Shown: positions 1 to 10,980, numbered from the stretch's first letter. The stretch: DNA of 64,000 bases from Gemmatimonas sp. (GCA_965279375.1 OZ257156.1:4224001-4288000); one strand, 5' to 3'. The notes: generated by a model from the sequence alone, not told the origin. A program made the numbers and translations.

Positions 1-934
1 ACAGGTTGGCCAGGATGTTCGGCAGCGCTGCGCGCACGCGCTCGACCACGTCCACGGTGGAGGCACTGCCCGCTTTGAGCACAGTGATCAGCGCGCCTCG
101 CTTCCCGTCACGGCGCACGATGTTGGTCTGCACCAAGTAGCCATCCCGCACCTGGGCCACGTCGCGCAGCCTGACGACGGCGCCATTGACCGTCTTGAGC
201 GGCAAGTCGTTGAGCGCCTCCGAGGCGTCCGGGCTGCCGTTCAGGCGCACCGAATACTCGCGGTCGCCCAGTTTGGCGGTGCCCGAGGGCAGAATCAGGT
301 TCTGCGCATTCACTGCGTTGCTGACATCGCTCGGCGAAATACCGCGCGCGATGAGTTGCTGCGGATCGAGGTCCACGTTGATGACGCGCGTCTTGCCGCC
401 GTACGGCTGCGGCACGCTGGCGCCTCGTACCGAGGCCAGTCGCGTGCGGATGCCGTTGGAGCCTAAGTCCGTCAGCTCCTGTTCGGAGAGCGTGTTGCTG
501 CTCAGCGCGAGCTGCAGAACCGGCACGTTCGACGCATTGAAACGCAGAATGAACGGCGGTGACGCACCGGGCGGCGAAATGCGGAGAATGCTTTGCGAGA
601 CCGCCGAGAGTTGCGCGACCGCCGACTCGATGCGTGCGCCCGGCTGGAAGAAGATCTTGATGATGCTGACGCCGCTGAGCGTCTGCGACTCGATGTGTTC
701 GACGTCGTTCACCGTAGTGGTGACGGCGCGCTCGTACGCCGTCACGATGCGGCGTTCCATCTCTTCGGGTGGCAGTCCGTTGTACTGCCAGATCACGGAG
801 ATGACGGGGATGTCGATCTCGGGGAAGATGTCGGTCGGGGTACGCACGATGGCGAGCACGCCGAAAATCACGACCAACAGGGCGCCGACGATGAACGTGT
901 ACGGGCGCCGCAGAGCGAGCTGAACGATCCACAT
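1..934 (-). CDS. RND efflux transporter permease subunit (AcrB/CusA family), 5' part; runs off left edge
   Basis: Own translation from ATG at 934: MWIVQLALRRPYTFIVGALLVVIFGVLAIVRTPTDIFPEIDIPVISVIWQYNGLPPEEMERRI...HIESQTLSGVSIIKIFFQPG, a typical AcrB-family N-terminus; this frame is not in the ORF track because it has no stop in the window. Confidence 0.9.
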   Translation of the reverse strand, partial: MWIVQLALRRPYTFIVGALLVVIFGVLAIVRTPTDIFPEIDIPVISVIWQYNGLPPEEMERRIVTAYERAVTTTVNDVEHIESQTLSGVSIIKIFFQPGARIESAVAQLSAVSQSILRISPPGASPPFILRFNASNVPVLQLALSSNTLSEQELTDLGSNGIRTRLASVRGASVPQPYGGKTRVINVDLDPQQLIARGISPSDVSNAVNAQNLILPSGTAKLGDREYSVRLNGSPDASEALNDLPLKTVNGAVVRLRDVAQVRDGYLVQTNIVRRDGKRGALITVLKAGSASTVDVVERVRAALPNILANL

Positions 935-1092
935 CTTACGAGCGCCGGCGGCGGCGAGGTGCCGAGACGTGCCGTGCGCGCTGCCGAGAAGTGATCCTGC
1001 CGCGGGCGGCGAAAGCTCGTGTGTGCTGCATGTCCTAGACTGAGGCGAAGGCCGAAGAAGGGCAAGCGCGCCAGTGTCGCCCGCTGTGTGAA

Positions 1093-1746
1093 CTACGTCG
1101 CGGAGCCCGGGTTCGTTGGGCGTTCGCGCGAGGGGTGACGCGCAGCCGCGCGCACGGCGCGGGAGGCACGCCAACGCAGGGCGATTTCGTCACGGGCGCC
1201 CTGCACCCACCAGACCAGCCCGGGAATCCGAAGCACTCGTTGTACGTCGGCCACCGGCCGCTGCCCGGACAGGAGCGCTCGACAGCGCTCGAGGACGTCG
1301 GGAACGCGCGCCGTGGCGTAGCTGTCGTCGATGCTCACGAAACGCACCGCGCGCGACGCGTCGATCAAGAGCGTGGCGGGATGCGCCGTCCGCATTCGGT
1401 GCGCGTTGACCAGATCCCAATCCGAGAGGAGAGCGCGGTCGGGGTCACACAGGACGGGGAATGGCAGCTCGAGCGACGCCCGCATGCGCGACGCGACCTC
1501 TGGCGTATCGGTGGAGAAGGCGGCGAGTTGCACTCCCAGCGCCTGAAAGCGCGCAGCGTTGTCGCGATAGTCAGCGAGTCGCTTGAGGCAGAACGCGCTC
1601 CAGCTGCCGCGATAGACAATCAGGAGCAGCATGCCGCCGTGGGCATAGTGACACAGCGGAGCCGACGCCCCGTCGCAGTCCATCACGTGGACGTCGCTCA
1701 GGACGCCGCCAGGCTTGGGGTGCGCGGACGTGCGTGTGTCGGGCAT
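1093..1746 (-). CDS. Peroxiredoxin-like AhpC/TSA (redoxin) family protein
   Basis: [14 protein letters not shown]...FSTDTPE...[11 protein letters not shown]...HPATLLID motifs; start uncertain. Confidence 0.7.
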   Translation of the reverse strand: MPDTRTSAHPKPGGVLSDVHVMDCDGASAPLCHYAHGGMLLLIVYRGSWSAFCLKRLADYRDNAARFQALGVQLAAFSTDTPEVASRMRASLELPFPVLCDPDRALLSDWDLVNAHRMRTAHPATLLIDASRAVRFVSIDDSYATARVPDVLERCRALLSGQRPVADVQRVLRIPGLVWWVQGARDEIALRWRASRAVRAAARHPSRERPTNPGSAT

Positions 1747-1924
1747 GCGGCGGCAGAAGCAAGTTGGGCGGCGACGGTCTCTCGTCAGAAACGACCGCTG
1801 CGGGGATCGCGCAACGCCCAGCCTCGCGCGGCGTAGCGGCGCCTGGCACCGCATCGTCGCGCGCTGCCCTTGGCCACCGGCACCGGGGCGTCCGATGGCC
1901 CGTCGATTGCACCAATGCATCCGC

Positions 1925-3289
1925 ATGAATCCGAATGCGTCCCCCTCAGCCTATCCCCACACGCGCATCGCTCGTGCTGGCCGGATCGTCGCGGTATTCC
2001 TAGCGCTGCTGGCCCCGAGCGCCTGCGGAGAGATGGCGCGACTACCCGTGAGCGCCGGGTACGGCGCCCAGCCCACACTGCCGTCAACCGACCGTTCGCT
2101 GATCCCAACGACGCGTGTGGCGCGTGCGGTCGGGTGGCCGGCAGGCGTGACCCCGATCGGTGCCGCCGGCACATCAGTGCAAGCTTTCGCGCGAGAGTTG
2201 CAGCATCCGCGCTACCTGTATTCGCTCCCCAATGGAGACGTGCTCGTTGCGGAAACGAACGCCCCACCCCGTCCGGACGATGGACGCGGGATCAAGGGGT
2301 GGTTCTTTCGCTATTTCCAGCGAAGGGGCGGCGGCGCGGTCGCCAGCGCTGACCGCCTCATTCTGTTGCGCGACACCGATGGCGATGGCGTGGCCGACGT
2401 GCGCACGGTGTTCCTCGCAGGACTCCATTCTCCGTTCGGTATCACGCTCGTTGGTCACGATCTCTACGTGGCGAACACCGATGCCCTGATGCGCTACGAC
2501 TACGTAGACGGCGCGCGCGAGATCACCTCAGCCGGCGCGATGCTGGTCGCCCTGCCCGCCGGCACGATAAACCATCACTGGACCAAGACGGTCGCCGCAT
2601 CGCCCGACGGCGCGACGCTCTACGTCAGCATCGGCTCGAACAGCAATGCGGCCGAACGGGGACTGGAGCAGGAGAAGGACCGCGCGATGATCTGGGCGGT
2701 GGATCGCGCGACCGGCGCGCATCGCGTCTATGCCACTGGTCTGCGCAACGCCGCGGGGCTCGCCATCGAACCGACCACCGGTGCGCTCTGGGCCGCCGTC
2801 AACGAGCGCGATGAGCTGGGGAGCGATCTGGTGCCGGATTTCATGACGGCCGTACGCGAGGGCGCGTTTTACGGCTGGCCGTATAGCTACTTCGGGCAGC
2901 ACGTCGACGCGCGCGTGTCCCCGACGCGACCGGATCTCGTGGCCAGCGCGGTCGTGCCCGACTATGCGCTCGGCGCGCACACGGCGTCCATCGGGCTGCT
3001 CTTCTCGCGCGGCACGACTGTGCCCGGGATCGGCGAGGGTGTGTTCGTCGGGCAGCACGGATCGTGGAATCGCAATCCGCGGAGCGGCTACAAGGTGATC
3101 TTCGTGCCGTTCACCCAAGGGCGCCCCAGCGGACCGCCACAGGACGTGCTGACGGGCTTCCTGACCAGCGACAAGACGGCGATGGGCCGTCCGGTCGGTC
3201 TGGCGCTCGATACGCATGGCGCGTTGCTCGTCGCGGACGACGTCGGCAATACCATCTGGCGTGTTGCACGAGCACCCGCGCGTCCGTAG
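1925..3289 (+). CDS. Sorbosone dehydrogenase family (PQQ-type beta-propeller sugar dehydrogenase), probable lipoprotein
   Basis: [48 protein letters not shown]...[14 protein letters not shown]; lipobox-like LAPSAC. Confidence 0.85.
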   Translation: MNPNASPSAYPHTRIARAGRIVAVFLALLAPSACGEMARLPVSAGYGAQPTLPSTDRSLIPTTRVARAVGWPAGVTPIGAAGTSVQAFARELQHPRYLYSLPNGDVLVAETNAPPRPDDGRGIKGWFFRYFQRRGGGAVASADRLILLRDTDGDGVADVRTVFLAGLHSPFGITLVGHDLYVANTDALMRYDYVDGAREITSAGAMLVALPAGTINHHWTKTVAASPDGATLYVSIGSNSNAAERGLEQEKDRAMIWAVDRATGAHRVYATGLRNAAGLAIEPTTGALWAAVNERDELGSDLVPDFMTAVREGAFYGWPYSYFGQHVDARVSPTRPDLVASAVVPDYALGAHTASIGLLFSRGTTVPGIGEGVFVGQHGSWNRNPRSGYKVIFVPFTQGRPSGPPQDVLTGFLTSDKTAMGRPVGLALDTHGALLVADDVGNTIWRVARAPARP

Positions 3290-3358
3290 CAACGAGCCCT
3301 GACCCATTGGAGCGCCGAGCGGAGCGTCTTTCTGCGGTGCTCCGGCCTCAACCCATCA

Positions 3359-3751
3359 TCACTCCGTCGTCACACCGTCGAAATGCTCCGAGTCAGCCTC
3401 GGCGTCGGCGCGCGTGTGATGGCGGACCCCGTCGCGATGGTTGGGCGGTGAGTACAGAGTGTAGAGCTTGAGATCGACCGTGCCGGTGTTGATGATGTTG
3501 TGCGTGGTACCGGCGGGAACGATGATCGCAAAGCCATCCGTCACGTCAGTCGACACGCCATCAAGAACGGCGGCGCCACTCCCCGACTCCACGCGAAAGA
3601 ACTGGTCCAGCGTGTGCACTTCGGAGCCAATTTCGCCGTGTGGCGGAATGGACATCACGACGAGTTGCGAGTGCTTGGCGGTGTAGAGCACCTGGCGAAA
3701 ATCGGGATTCGCCTCGGTGATGGCGCTGATGTCCTTGATGTATCCGTGCAT
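3359..3751 (-). CDS. Cupin domain protein (mannose-6-phosphate isomerase-like)
   Basis: FRQVLYTAKHSQLVVMSI..GEIGSEVH..DQFFRVESG..VPAGTTHNIINTG..LKLYTLYSPPNH. Confidence 0.85.
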   Translation of the reverse strand: MHGYIKDISAITEANPDFRQVLYTAKHSQLVVMSIPPHGEIGSEVHTLDQFFRVESGSGAAVLDGVSTDVTDGFAIIVPAGTTHNIINTGTVDLKLYTLYSPPNHRDGVRHHTRADAEADSEHFDGVTTE

Positions 3752-3885
3752 TGCCTTGCTCCGTGCGAGTGAAGCGTCGCAGCTCGTGCGACCGCCCAAC
3801 GCAAACAAGGGATTGCCATCGGCCCGCGCCAATGAGGTCGGTGCAATGCGGCCCGGGCAAACCGGCACAGAGTAGGCCCCAACGC

Positions 3886-3914
3886 AAAACGGGGACCCCG
3901 CTCGGTCCCCGTTT
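3886..3914 (-). terminator. Intrinsic terminator downstream of tRNA-Pro
   Basis: Inverted repeat AACGGGGACC-ccgctc-GGTCCCCGTT with a short T run on the minus strand, about 45 nt past the tRNA 3' end. Confidence 0.65.
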
Positions 3915-3958
3915 GCACGAACTGCATCGATTGTCCGCGATCTGATGATCGCATTCCA

Positions 3959-4032
3959 TCGGGACGACAGGATTTGAACCTGCGACCCCTTCCACCCCAA
4001 GGAAGTGCGCTACCGGGCTGCGCCACGTCCCG
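3959..4032 (-). tRNA. tRNA-Pro (GGG)
   Basis: Minus strand folds as CGGGACG / GCGC D-arm / CTTCC-TTGGGGT-GGAAG anticodon arm / GCAGG-TTCAAAT-CCTGT T-arm / CGTCCCG-A; CCA not encoded. Confidence 0.95.
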
Positions 4033-4084
4033 TCGCCAGCCAACCTCGCCAACGGCAGACGAGCAACATATCCGCCTCCTCGCC

Positions 4085-4915
4085 CTACCGAAACCCCTTC
4101 GCCGCCTCTTTGACGGCCGGGTCGATCAGCGGATACTCCGACCGCGCCTCCTCCATCGTCTCCACGAGCATGCGCGCAATCAGAAAATTCCGCACCGCCT
4201 TGTCATCCGAGGGCACCACGTACCACGGCGCCCACGGGGTGCTGCACTGGGTCAGCGCTTCGCGATACGCGTCGGTGTACGCGTCCCAGCGAGCGCGATC
4301 TGCCAGATCGTCCACGCGAAACTTCCAGTTCTTCTTGGGATCGTCAAAGCGCTCCGTGAGCCGCTCCAACTGCTCGTCGCGCGACACGTGCAGCATGCAC
4401 TTGCGCACGATTACGCCGCTCTCGTGCAACAGCTTCTCAAAGGCGTTGATCTGATCGTATCGCGCGCGCCAGACCGACTCCGGCGCCAGCTCGCGCACGC
4501 GCACCGCCAGTACATCCTCGTAGTGCGAGCGATTGAACACGCCGATCATGCCGCGCGCCGGCACCACTTGATGCACGCGCCAGAGGAAGTCGTGCTTGAG
4601 TTCGAGCGAGGTGGGCGGACCGAACGCCGCCACACTGACGCCGGTCGGGTTGAACGCGCCATACACAGTGCGAATAACGCCGTCCTTCCCCGACGCATCC
4701 CTTCCCTGCAGCACGAGCAACAGCGCCTTTCGCCCGTCAGCGTGGAAGGCGTCCTGCAACGCTTCCAAGCGCGTCAGCAGTGCGGCCGTCGCTTCGAGCA
4801 GTACCTCGCGGCTCGGCGCATTCTCCACCCGGGCGCTGCCTGTGCCGAGTTTGATCTTCTTGTCCGGATCGACCGGCTCGAGTCGCAGATGTTCGACCGC
4901 CGCATTGATGGTCAC
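4085..4915 (-). CDS. ppk2: Polyphosphate kinase 2 family (polyphosphate:nucleotide phosphotransferase)
   Basis: Walker A QGRDASGKDG, HDFLWR, FNRSHYEDVL, PKKNWKF, PWAPWYVVPSD. Confidence 0.92.
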   Translation of the reverse strand: MTINAAVEHLRLEPVDPDKKIKLGTGSARVENAPSREVLLEATAALLTRLEALQDAFHADGRKALLLVLQGRDASGKDGVIRTVYGAFNPTGVSVAAFGPPTSLELKHDFLWRVHQVVPARGMIGVFNRSHYEDVLAVRVRELAPESVWRARYDQINAFEKLLHESGVIVRKCMLHVSRDEQLERLTERFDDPKKNWKFRVDDLADRARWDAYTDAYREALTQCSTPWAPWYVVPSDDKAVRNFLIARMLVETMEEARSEYPLIDPAVKEAAKGFR

Positions 4916-5367
4916 GGCGTCGCCGCCATCGTCGCACCGCGGCCGCTCAGCTCCTGGATCGGGATCTGAAAAATGAGATCGCGGTCAGGCGTCGGGTCAT
5001 CCGCTGTGAAGGCATCCGGAACGAGAGCACGAAACGCCGACACCGCGCGCGCATACGCATCGCGCTCGCCGGGATTCCCTTCGGGATCGGGGAATTCGAT
5101 GCGACCATGCACGACCACGCTCTGCCACTCGAACAGCGCGCGAACGTCGTCCACCTCGAAGGCAACCCACGGATGATGCGCCACGATGTTCACCTTGGTA
5201 CCCAACTGCGTGCGACCCACGATCCGCCCATTGTGCAGCACGTAGTGAATCGGCTCGATGTCCACGCGGTCGCGAAAGGTGAACGCCAGCCTTCCCACCG
5301 ATTGGCTCCCAAGCAGACGCATGCTGTCCGCTTCGGTCAGTACTCGAAAAGCAGGTCGACGACTCAC
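4912..5367 (-). CDS. Pyridoxamine 5'-phosphate oxidase-like FMN-binding protein
   Basis: VGRLAF..IEPIHY..VAFEVD..WQSVVVHG; 4-bp overlaps with both neighbours. Confidence 0.8.
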   Translation of the reverse strand: MSRRPAFRVLTEADSMRLLGSQSVGRLAFTFRDRVDIEPIHYVLHNGRIVGRTQLGTKVNIVAHHPWVAFEVDDVRALFEWQSVVVHGRIEFPDPEGNPGERDAYARAVSAFRALVPDAFTADDPTPDRDLIFQIPIQELSGRGATMAATP

Positions 5368-6281
5368 GTTGTCCTCACCGGTTCATACGGTTCCATGTGA
5401 ATCAGCACCCCGATCGCCGCCGGGACGCGCTCGCGTATGGCGGATTTCACGCACCCCGAAAGAATGTGCGCATCGTGGAGCGAAAGCGCAGGATCGGCCT
5501 GCACGTGAATGTCCACGTACAGCCCGGTCCCGGAACGACGCACCTTGAGCTTCTCGATCGCGAGCACACCCGCGGTGCCAAGTGCGGCATTGCCCACGGT
5601 CGCGAGCAGCGCTGGCTCCGGCGCTCGATCCATCAGGTCGGCGAGCGTTGAGCGCATCAGCATCGAGCCGTTGACCAGGATCACACCGGCCGCGACCAAC
5701 GCCGCCCAATCATCGGCAGGCTCCCACCCGGGCCCGCCTAGTAGCGCCACCGAGATGCCGATGAAGGCCGCCGCCGACGTTATGGCGTCGGCCCGATGAT
5801 GCCAGGCGTCCGCCTTCACCACGACGCTGCCGGTCGCGTCGCCCACGCTCAGCACCCGCTTGGCCAGCACTTCCTTGACCACAATGACCGCTGCCAGCAC
5901 GGCCAAGGTGAACGGCGCGGGCGCATGATGTGGCGTACGGATCTCCTCGATCGCCTTGATCGCGATCCCCACCGCCGCTCCGAGCATCAGCGCCGATACC
6001 GTCGCTGCGGCGATGGGCTCCGCGCGGCCGTAGCCAAAGGGATAGCGCTCGTCGGGATCGCGACTCGCAATGCGAAGTCCGCTCCAGACGACCAGCGATC
6101 CGATCATGTCCGTGGCGCTTTCGATCGCATCGGCGACCAGCGCATACGAGTTTCCCACAAGGCCGGCGACGAGCTTCAGCGCCGCCAGGATGGCGTTGAT
6201 GACCAGTCCGACTTGCGCGAGGCGTTGCCCCGAGTGGCCGTTGAGCGGCCCCGGCTCGCTCACGCGCGCTCGCGCCGCCAT
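5364..6281 (-). CDS. Cation diffusion facilitator (CDF/FieF) family transporter
   Basis: GNSYALVADAIES, PDERYPFGYGRAE, ADAWHHRAD, YVDIHVQAD..AH..LIHMEP; start uncertain. Confidence 0.9.
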   Translation of the reverse strand: MAARARVSEPGPLNGHSGQRLAQVGLVINAILAALKLVAGLVGNSYALVADAIESATDMIGSLVVWSGLRIASRDPDERYPFGYGRAEPIAAATVSALMLGAAVGIAIKAIEEIRTPHHAPAPFTLAVLAAVIVVKEVLAKRVLSVGDATGSVVVKADAWHHRADAITSAAAFIGISVALLGGPGWEPADDWAALVAAGVILVNGSMLMRSTLADLMDRAPEPALLATVGNAALGTAGVLAIEKLKVRRSGTGLYVDIHVQADPALSLHDAHILSGCVKSAIRERVPAAIGVLIHMEPYEPVRTT

Positions 6282-6704
6282 CGCGTGGCCGAGAACTTGC
6301 CATTGATTCGTGATACGCCCGACGTTTGGCCCCTCCATTCGGAGAACCCGTTCTTCGGCGCAGCCCGGAAGTTGCGGTTCCGGGGAGCCGCGACATCGGC
6401 GTCGGACGAAGCGTGCCGTCCGACGAGGGCCATGCGTCTATGCAAGGATGCGTGCATGCAGCTGGGCTCGGGGGCCATCCACACCGCACAAAAGCAGCGT
6501 CGGTGCTCTCCGCATCCTAGTGTGGTTCGGCAGTTGAAGTAAGCGGATTAAAACTGTGATCCCATCAGCGGTTGCCCTGACGAACACTTGGCATAACTTA
6601 TTCAGTTGAACGGACGGCCCTTGGGGCTGCCGTCACAAACTGACGAGTGTTCGACTTCTACGGCTCCGCGTCCGTTCATCGATGTTTACCTATTCGGGAG
6701 GTTT

Positions 6705-7721
6705 ATGCGTACCCTGACCAAGTTCGTTCTCGGCACCTCGCTCACACTCGCCATTCCGGCCACGGCGTTTGCGCAGCGTCAAGGCGCCCTCGAGATCGGC
6801 GGCTTCGGGCGCTATACGAAGTTCGCGGACACGCTCAAGATCGACGGCGCCCTCGGCGCTGGCGGCCGCGCGGGCATGTACATCTTCAAGAACCTGCTCC
6901 TCGAAATGGAGCTCAGCTACGGCACGGCTGACGTACAGAACCCGCGCATCGACACGCTCAACACCGTGTCGCATCCGCTGTGGGCGTACCGTCTGACGTA
7001 CAACCAGCCGCTCAGCGACCGCGTGAAGCTCCTCCTCGGTGGCGGCTATGCGTATGACTCGTACGGCCGTGTCCGTACCGTCGCCCCTCGTGGTGGTGGC
7101 CCGCAGGCGCTCGCCGGTCTTCGCTTCATCATCAACGATCGTCTCTCGGCCCGCGTCGAAGGCACCGGCACGTACGTCATGCCGTCCGACAAGGACGCCC
7201 TCCCCGGCGGCCGCGCGACCGGTCTGAACCTCGGCGCCCAGGCTGGTCTGAGCGTCTCGTTCTTCACGCAGGGCCCGAAGATCGTCAAGCCGGACACGGT
7301 CATCCGTGAGCGCGTCATGCACGACACCGTGTATGTCCGCCGCATCGACACCGTGAAGGTTGCCGGACCGGCGTCCCGCCCGGTGGTCATCGGCGCGGTC
7401 AACTTCGGCTTCAACAAGTCCGACATCACGCCGGAAGCCAAGCGTATCCTCGACATGATCGCCGAGTCGCTGGTTGACCCGACGAACGCGTCGCGCACCA
7501 TCACCGTCACGGGCAACACCGACGCGATTGGCAGCGAGCGCTACAACGAGAAGCTGGGTCAGGACCGCGCCGATCAGGCCAAGGCCTACCTGGTCTCGAA
7601 GGGTGTCGCCGAGTCGCGCATCGTGGCCCGGACGCAGGGTGAGAAGGATCCCCTCGCGCCGAACACGTCCGACAACGGCCGCGCGACCAACCGTCGCGTG
7701 CTGGTGATGCTGACGAATTGA
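6705..7721 (+). CDS. OmpA family outer membrane protein (beta-barrel plus peptidoglycan-binding domain)
   Basis: GGGAGG RBS, signal peptide, VNFGFNKSDI, GNTDAIGSERYNEKLGQDRA, NRRV. Confidence 0.9.
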   Translation: MRTLTKFVLGTSLTLAIPATAFAQRQGALEIGGFGRYTKFADTLKIDGALGAGGRAGMYIFKNLLLEMELSYGTADVQNPRIDTLNTVSHPLWAYRLTYNQPLSDRVKLLLGGGYAYDSYGRVRTVAPRGGGPQALAGLRFIINDRLSARVEGTGTYVMPSDKDALPGGRATGLNLGAQAGLSVSFFTQGPKIVKPDTVIRERVMHDTVYVRRIDTVKVAGPASRPVVIGAVNFGFNKSDITPEAKRILDMIAESLVDPTNASRTITVTGNTDAIGSERYNEKLGQDRADQAKAYLVSKGVAESRIVARTQGEKDPLAPNTSDNGRATNRRVLVMLTN

Positions 7722-7827
7722 TCATCGTCGAGAGCCCTCGCGCTCTCCCGGTGTGTCAACGACGCCGCGTCGATCTTCGGATCGGCGCGGCGTTCGTCTT
7801 TCGTGCCATTAGATTGCCAGCGCACCC

Positions 7828-8760
7828 ATGGCCGATTCCCCACGCGTTCCGACGCTCTCCCATCGACTCGAGTACGGCGCCACCCGCGCCGCCGTCGCCG
7901 TCCTTCGCCTCGTCAGCTGGCGGGCTTCGAGCGCCGTCGGCGCCTTCCTCGGCCGACTCGCCTACAGCCTCTTCGGCATCCGGCGCGGGGTCACCGAACG
8001 GCAGATCGCTGCAGCCTTCCCATCGCTAAGCCCAGCCGAAGTCGAGTCGACCGCGCGTCGATCGTACGAGAGCATCGGCCGCACGTTCATCGAGACGGCA
8101 GTCCTTCCCGGCACTCCCATCCAGGGCATCCTCGACCGCTTCGAGGAGATCGACGGCTGGGAGCATCTGGAAGCCGCACAGGCGCTCGGCAAGGGCGTCA
8201 TCATCGTCACCGGGCATCTCGGCAACTGGGAGCTGGGCGGTGCCTACGTGGCGGCGCGTGGCGTGCCTCTGGACGTCGTGGCGCGCGGCATGGCCAATCC
8301 GATCATGGAGGAGTACGTGCGCGTCACGCGTAACGAGATCGGCATGGCCGTCGTGCACGATTCTCAGGCGGTGAGACAAACCCCGCGAGCGCTCCGCGAA
8401 GGCCGCGTCGTGGCGATGGTCAGCGATCACGACGCGCTGGGTCTCGCCAGTACGTTCGTTCCGTTTTTTGGCAGACCGGCGAAGACACCTCGCGGCCCAG
8501 CAGTGTTCGCACTGCGCCTCGGCGTGCCGTTGGTTTTTGTGTCGCCGGTGCGCGAGAAGAGCGGACGCTACGCGCTGCGCATCGAACCGGTGCCGGTGGT
8601 GGAGACGGGTGACCGCGAAGCGGATGTGGACGCGATTGTTCTCGCCTACACGCAGATTCTGGAGCGGCTGATCCGGCGTTACCCGGACCAGTATTTCTGG
8701 CAGCACCGTCGCTGGCGGCGACAGCCCGATGACACGCCGGCCCATCTCCGCGAGCCATGA
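7828..8760 (+). CDS. Lipid A biosynthesis lauroyl/myristoyl acyltransferase (LpxL/HtrB family)
   Basis: GVIIVTGHLGNWE, VPFFGRPA, PDQYFWQHRRW. Confidence 0.9.
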   Translation: MADSPRVPTLSHRLEYGATRAAVAVLRLVSWRASSAVGAFLGRLAYSLFGIRRGVTERQIAAAFPSLSPAEVESTARRSYESIGRTFIETAVLPGTPIQGILDRFEEIDGWEHLEAAQALGKGVIIVTGHLGNWELGGAYVAARGVPLDVVARGMANPIMEEYVRVTRNEIGMAVVHDSQAVRQTPRALREGRVVAMVSDHDALGLASTFVPFFGRPAKTPRGPAVFALRLGVPLVFVSPVREKSGRYALRIEPVPVVETGDREADVDAIVLAYTQILERLIRRYPDQYFWQHRRWRRQPDDTPAHLREP

Positions 8761-9479
8761 GCAAGCCGTCGATCGCGAGACGTGTGTTCTCGCTGCCCGC
8801 GCGTGGATGGAAGCGCTGGTTCAAGCTGCTGGTGCTCACGGGAACGACCCTGCTCTTTGCCCCGGTGCCGATCATCCTGCTCCTTGGCGTGGTGCAGCCG
8901 CCGGTCACCTCAGTGATGCTGCAGCGCACCGTAGCGCGGCTCTTTCAGGGCGAGCGCCCCGTCTGGCCCCGCCACGAGACCGTGGGGCGCTCGCAGATCT
9001 CCGGCAACTTGCGACGCGCCGTGCTGGTGTCTGAGGACGATCGGTTCTACCTGCACCACGGCATCGACTTCGTCGAGATCGAACGCGCGCTGGCGCGGAA
9101 GCGGGCCGGCGGGAAACTGCGCGGCGCCTCTACTCTGACGCAGCAGGTGGCCAAGAACATCTTCCTCTGGAACGGGCGCTCGTTCGTGCGCAAAGGGCTC
9201 GAAGCGTACGTCGCGCTGTGGCTCGACCTCCTGCTGCCCAAGGAACGCATCCTCGATCTGTACCTCAACCTGGCCGAGTGGGGGCCGGGAGTGTTCGGTG
9301 CAGAGGCAGCGGCCCGCGTGCACTTTGGGAAAAGCGCCGCGAGCCTGACCAGGGATCAGGCGGCACGGTTGGCTGCAATCTTGCCGTCTCCTCGTCGCTG
9401 GCCGCCGAATGGCAGCATCGCGACCCGTCGCGCCGCGCTCATTCTTTCCCGCATGCAATACGCCGCGCCGAGACCGTAG
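8757..9479 (+). CDS. mtgA: Monofunctional biosynthetic peptidoglycan transglycosylase
   Basis: EDDRFYLHHGID, RGASTLTQQVAKN, RKGLE, KERILDLYLN, AEWGPGVFGAEAAA. Confidence 0.95.
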   Translation: MSKPSIARRVFSLPARGWKRWFKLLVLTGTTLLFAPVPIILLLGVVQPPVTSVMLQRTVARLFQGERPVWPRHETVGRSQISGNLRRAVLVSEDDRFYLHHGIDFVEIERALARKRAGGKLRGASTLTQQVAKNIFLWNGRSFVRKGLEAYVALWLDLLLPKERILDLYLNLAEWGPGVFGAEAAARVHFGKSAASLTRDQAARLAAILPSPRRWPPNGSIATRRAALILSRMQYAAPRP

Positions 9480-9507
9480 CGGCATTTCTCTCAATGGGGC
9501 GCACCGA

Positions 9508-10980
9508 ATGAGACAGCGCTTCGTTCCCCGGTTGGACGCGCGAACCGTCGTGCTCTGCGGCGGACTGACGCTGTTGGCGGCGTGTGGAACCGATACGCTG
9601 CAAGCGCCGGCGCCGCGCCCGGGCAGGGCTGTCGTCGCCGCCGATTCACTGCCGGCGATGGGACTGTCGGTGGTGGACACACCGATTCGCTATGCATTGG
9701 AGCCGGCCCTCGCCGCGCTCGAGCAAGCAGTACCGCGTCGCTTTGGTGACATAGAGAAGCGCATCGGCATTCCGTCCAACTCACGGCAGCAGGTGGCGTT
9801 TCAAGCCACGCGGACGCCGTTTCGCGTTGCGTTCGACGGACAAGAGCTCACCCTGAGCAGCACCGTCAGCTATCAGGGACGCGGGTGGTACAAGCCACCG
9901 CTCGCGCCGACCATCAGCTCCTCCTGTGGCACCGACGGACCGCAGCCGCGCCTGCGCATCGTGGTGAAGATCGACGTGGACCTCCAGCGCGACTGGAAGC
10001 TGCGCACGCGCAGTCGCCTACCCACGGTGCGTCCCGAAACGATGACGGATCGCGACGCGTGCAAGGTGACGATGTTCAAGATTGACGTCACCGATCGCGT
10101 CGTCGGGACGGTGCGCTCGCTGCTCGAGCAGCGGCTACCCCGGATCGACCGACAGATCGCGTCATTCGACGTGCGCACGCGCATGGATCGCTGGTACAAC
10201 CTGCTCAACAAGAGCATCCGTGTGCACGACAGTCTGTGGCTCGTGCTCTCGCCGCAGCAGGTGCGGCTCGGCGGGCTTCGTCTCGCCGACGACGCGCTGA
10301 TCGCCGATGTGCGCCTCTACGCGCAGCCCGCCCTGATCTCCGGATCGCGTCCTCCGCGCATGCAGACGCCATTGCCACCGCTCGACCGGGCGGTGCGCGA
10401 TGTCGGCGACAGCGCGATGCTACGGCTCCAGGGGCTCATGCCATACGCGTTGGCGAGCGACATGCTCACCAAGGAGCTGGTGGGACGGAAGGTGCGTCGC
10501 TACGGCCGATCGCTCCAACTCTCGGCGCTGCGTGTGTATCCGCTGGGCGACGGGCGTCTGGTGCTCGAGGTGGGCGTGAAAGGGGATATCGTCGGTAACG
10601 CCTATCTGGTGGGCACGCCGCGACTCGACACGCTGACCCGCATGCTTACCGTGCCAGACCTCGATTTCGACGTGGCGACGGCCGATGCATTGGTGAGCGG
10701 ACTGGCGTGGCTTCGAAAGGCGGATCTTGTCGCACAGCTTCGTGAGCGGGCCCGTCTACCGCTCGATCCGCTGCTGGACGCCACGCGAAAACAGGTGCAG
10801 TCGGCGATCAACCGGGAATTGGCGCCGGGCGTGCGACTCTCCGGGCAGGTGCACACGGGGCGGCTGGTGGATGTCGCGGTTTTGCCCGACTGGCTGGTGG
10901 TACGCGCGGAGGCCACTGGCTCGCTCGGTCTCGAACTGGACCGTGAAATCGAGGTGCGCAAGCGACGCCGCGCTCGGTGA
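9508..10980 (+). CDS. DUF4403-like putative lipoprotein
   Basis: Long ORF with lipobox LLAAC and beta-rich tubular-fold pattern (SLWLVLSPQ, VPDLDFD); family call from recall. Confidence 0.6.
   Translation: MRQRFVPRLDARTVVLCGGLTLLAACGTDTLQAPAPRPGRAVVAADSLPAMGLSVVDTPIRYALEPALAALEQAVPRRFGDIEKRIGIPSNSRQQVAFQATRTPFRVAFDGQELTLSSTVSYQGRGWYKPPLAPTISSSCGTDGPQPRLRIVVKIDVDLQRDWKLRTRSRLPTVRPETMTDRDACKVTMFKIDVTDRVVGTVRSLLEQRLPRIDRQIASFDVRTRMDRWYNLLNKSIRVHDSLWLVLSPQQVRLGGLRLADDALIADVRLYAQPALISGSRPPRMQTPLPPLDRAVRDVGDSAMLRLQGLMPYALASDMLTKELVGRKVRRYGRSLQLSALRVYPLGDGRLVLEVGVKGDIVGNAYLVGTPRLDTLTRMLTVPDLDFDVATADALVSGLAWLRKADLVAQLRERARLPLDPLLDATRKQVQSAINRELAPGVRLSGQVHTGRLVDVAVLPDWLVVRAEATGSLGLELDREIEVRKRRRAR

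Noticed and set aside
6585..6610. Sigma54 promoter upstream of ompA (TGGCATA)
   Set aside because: The required -12 TTGC element is absent at the correct spacing
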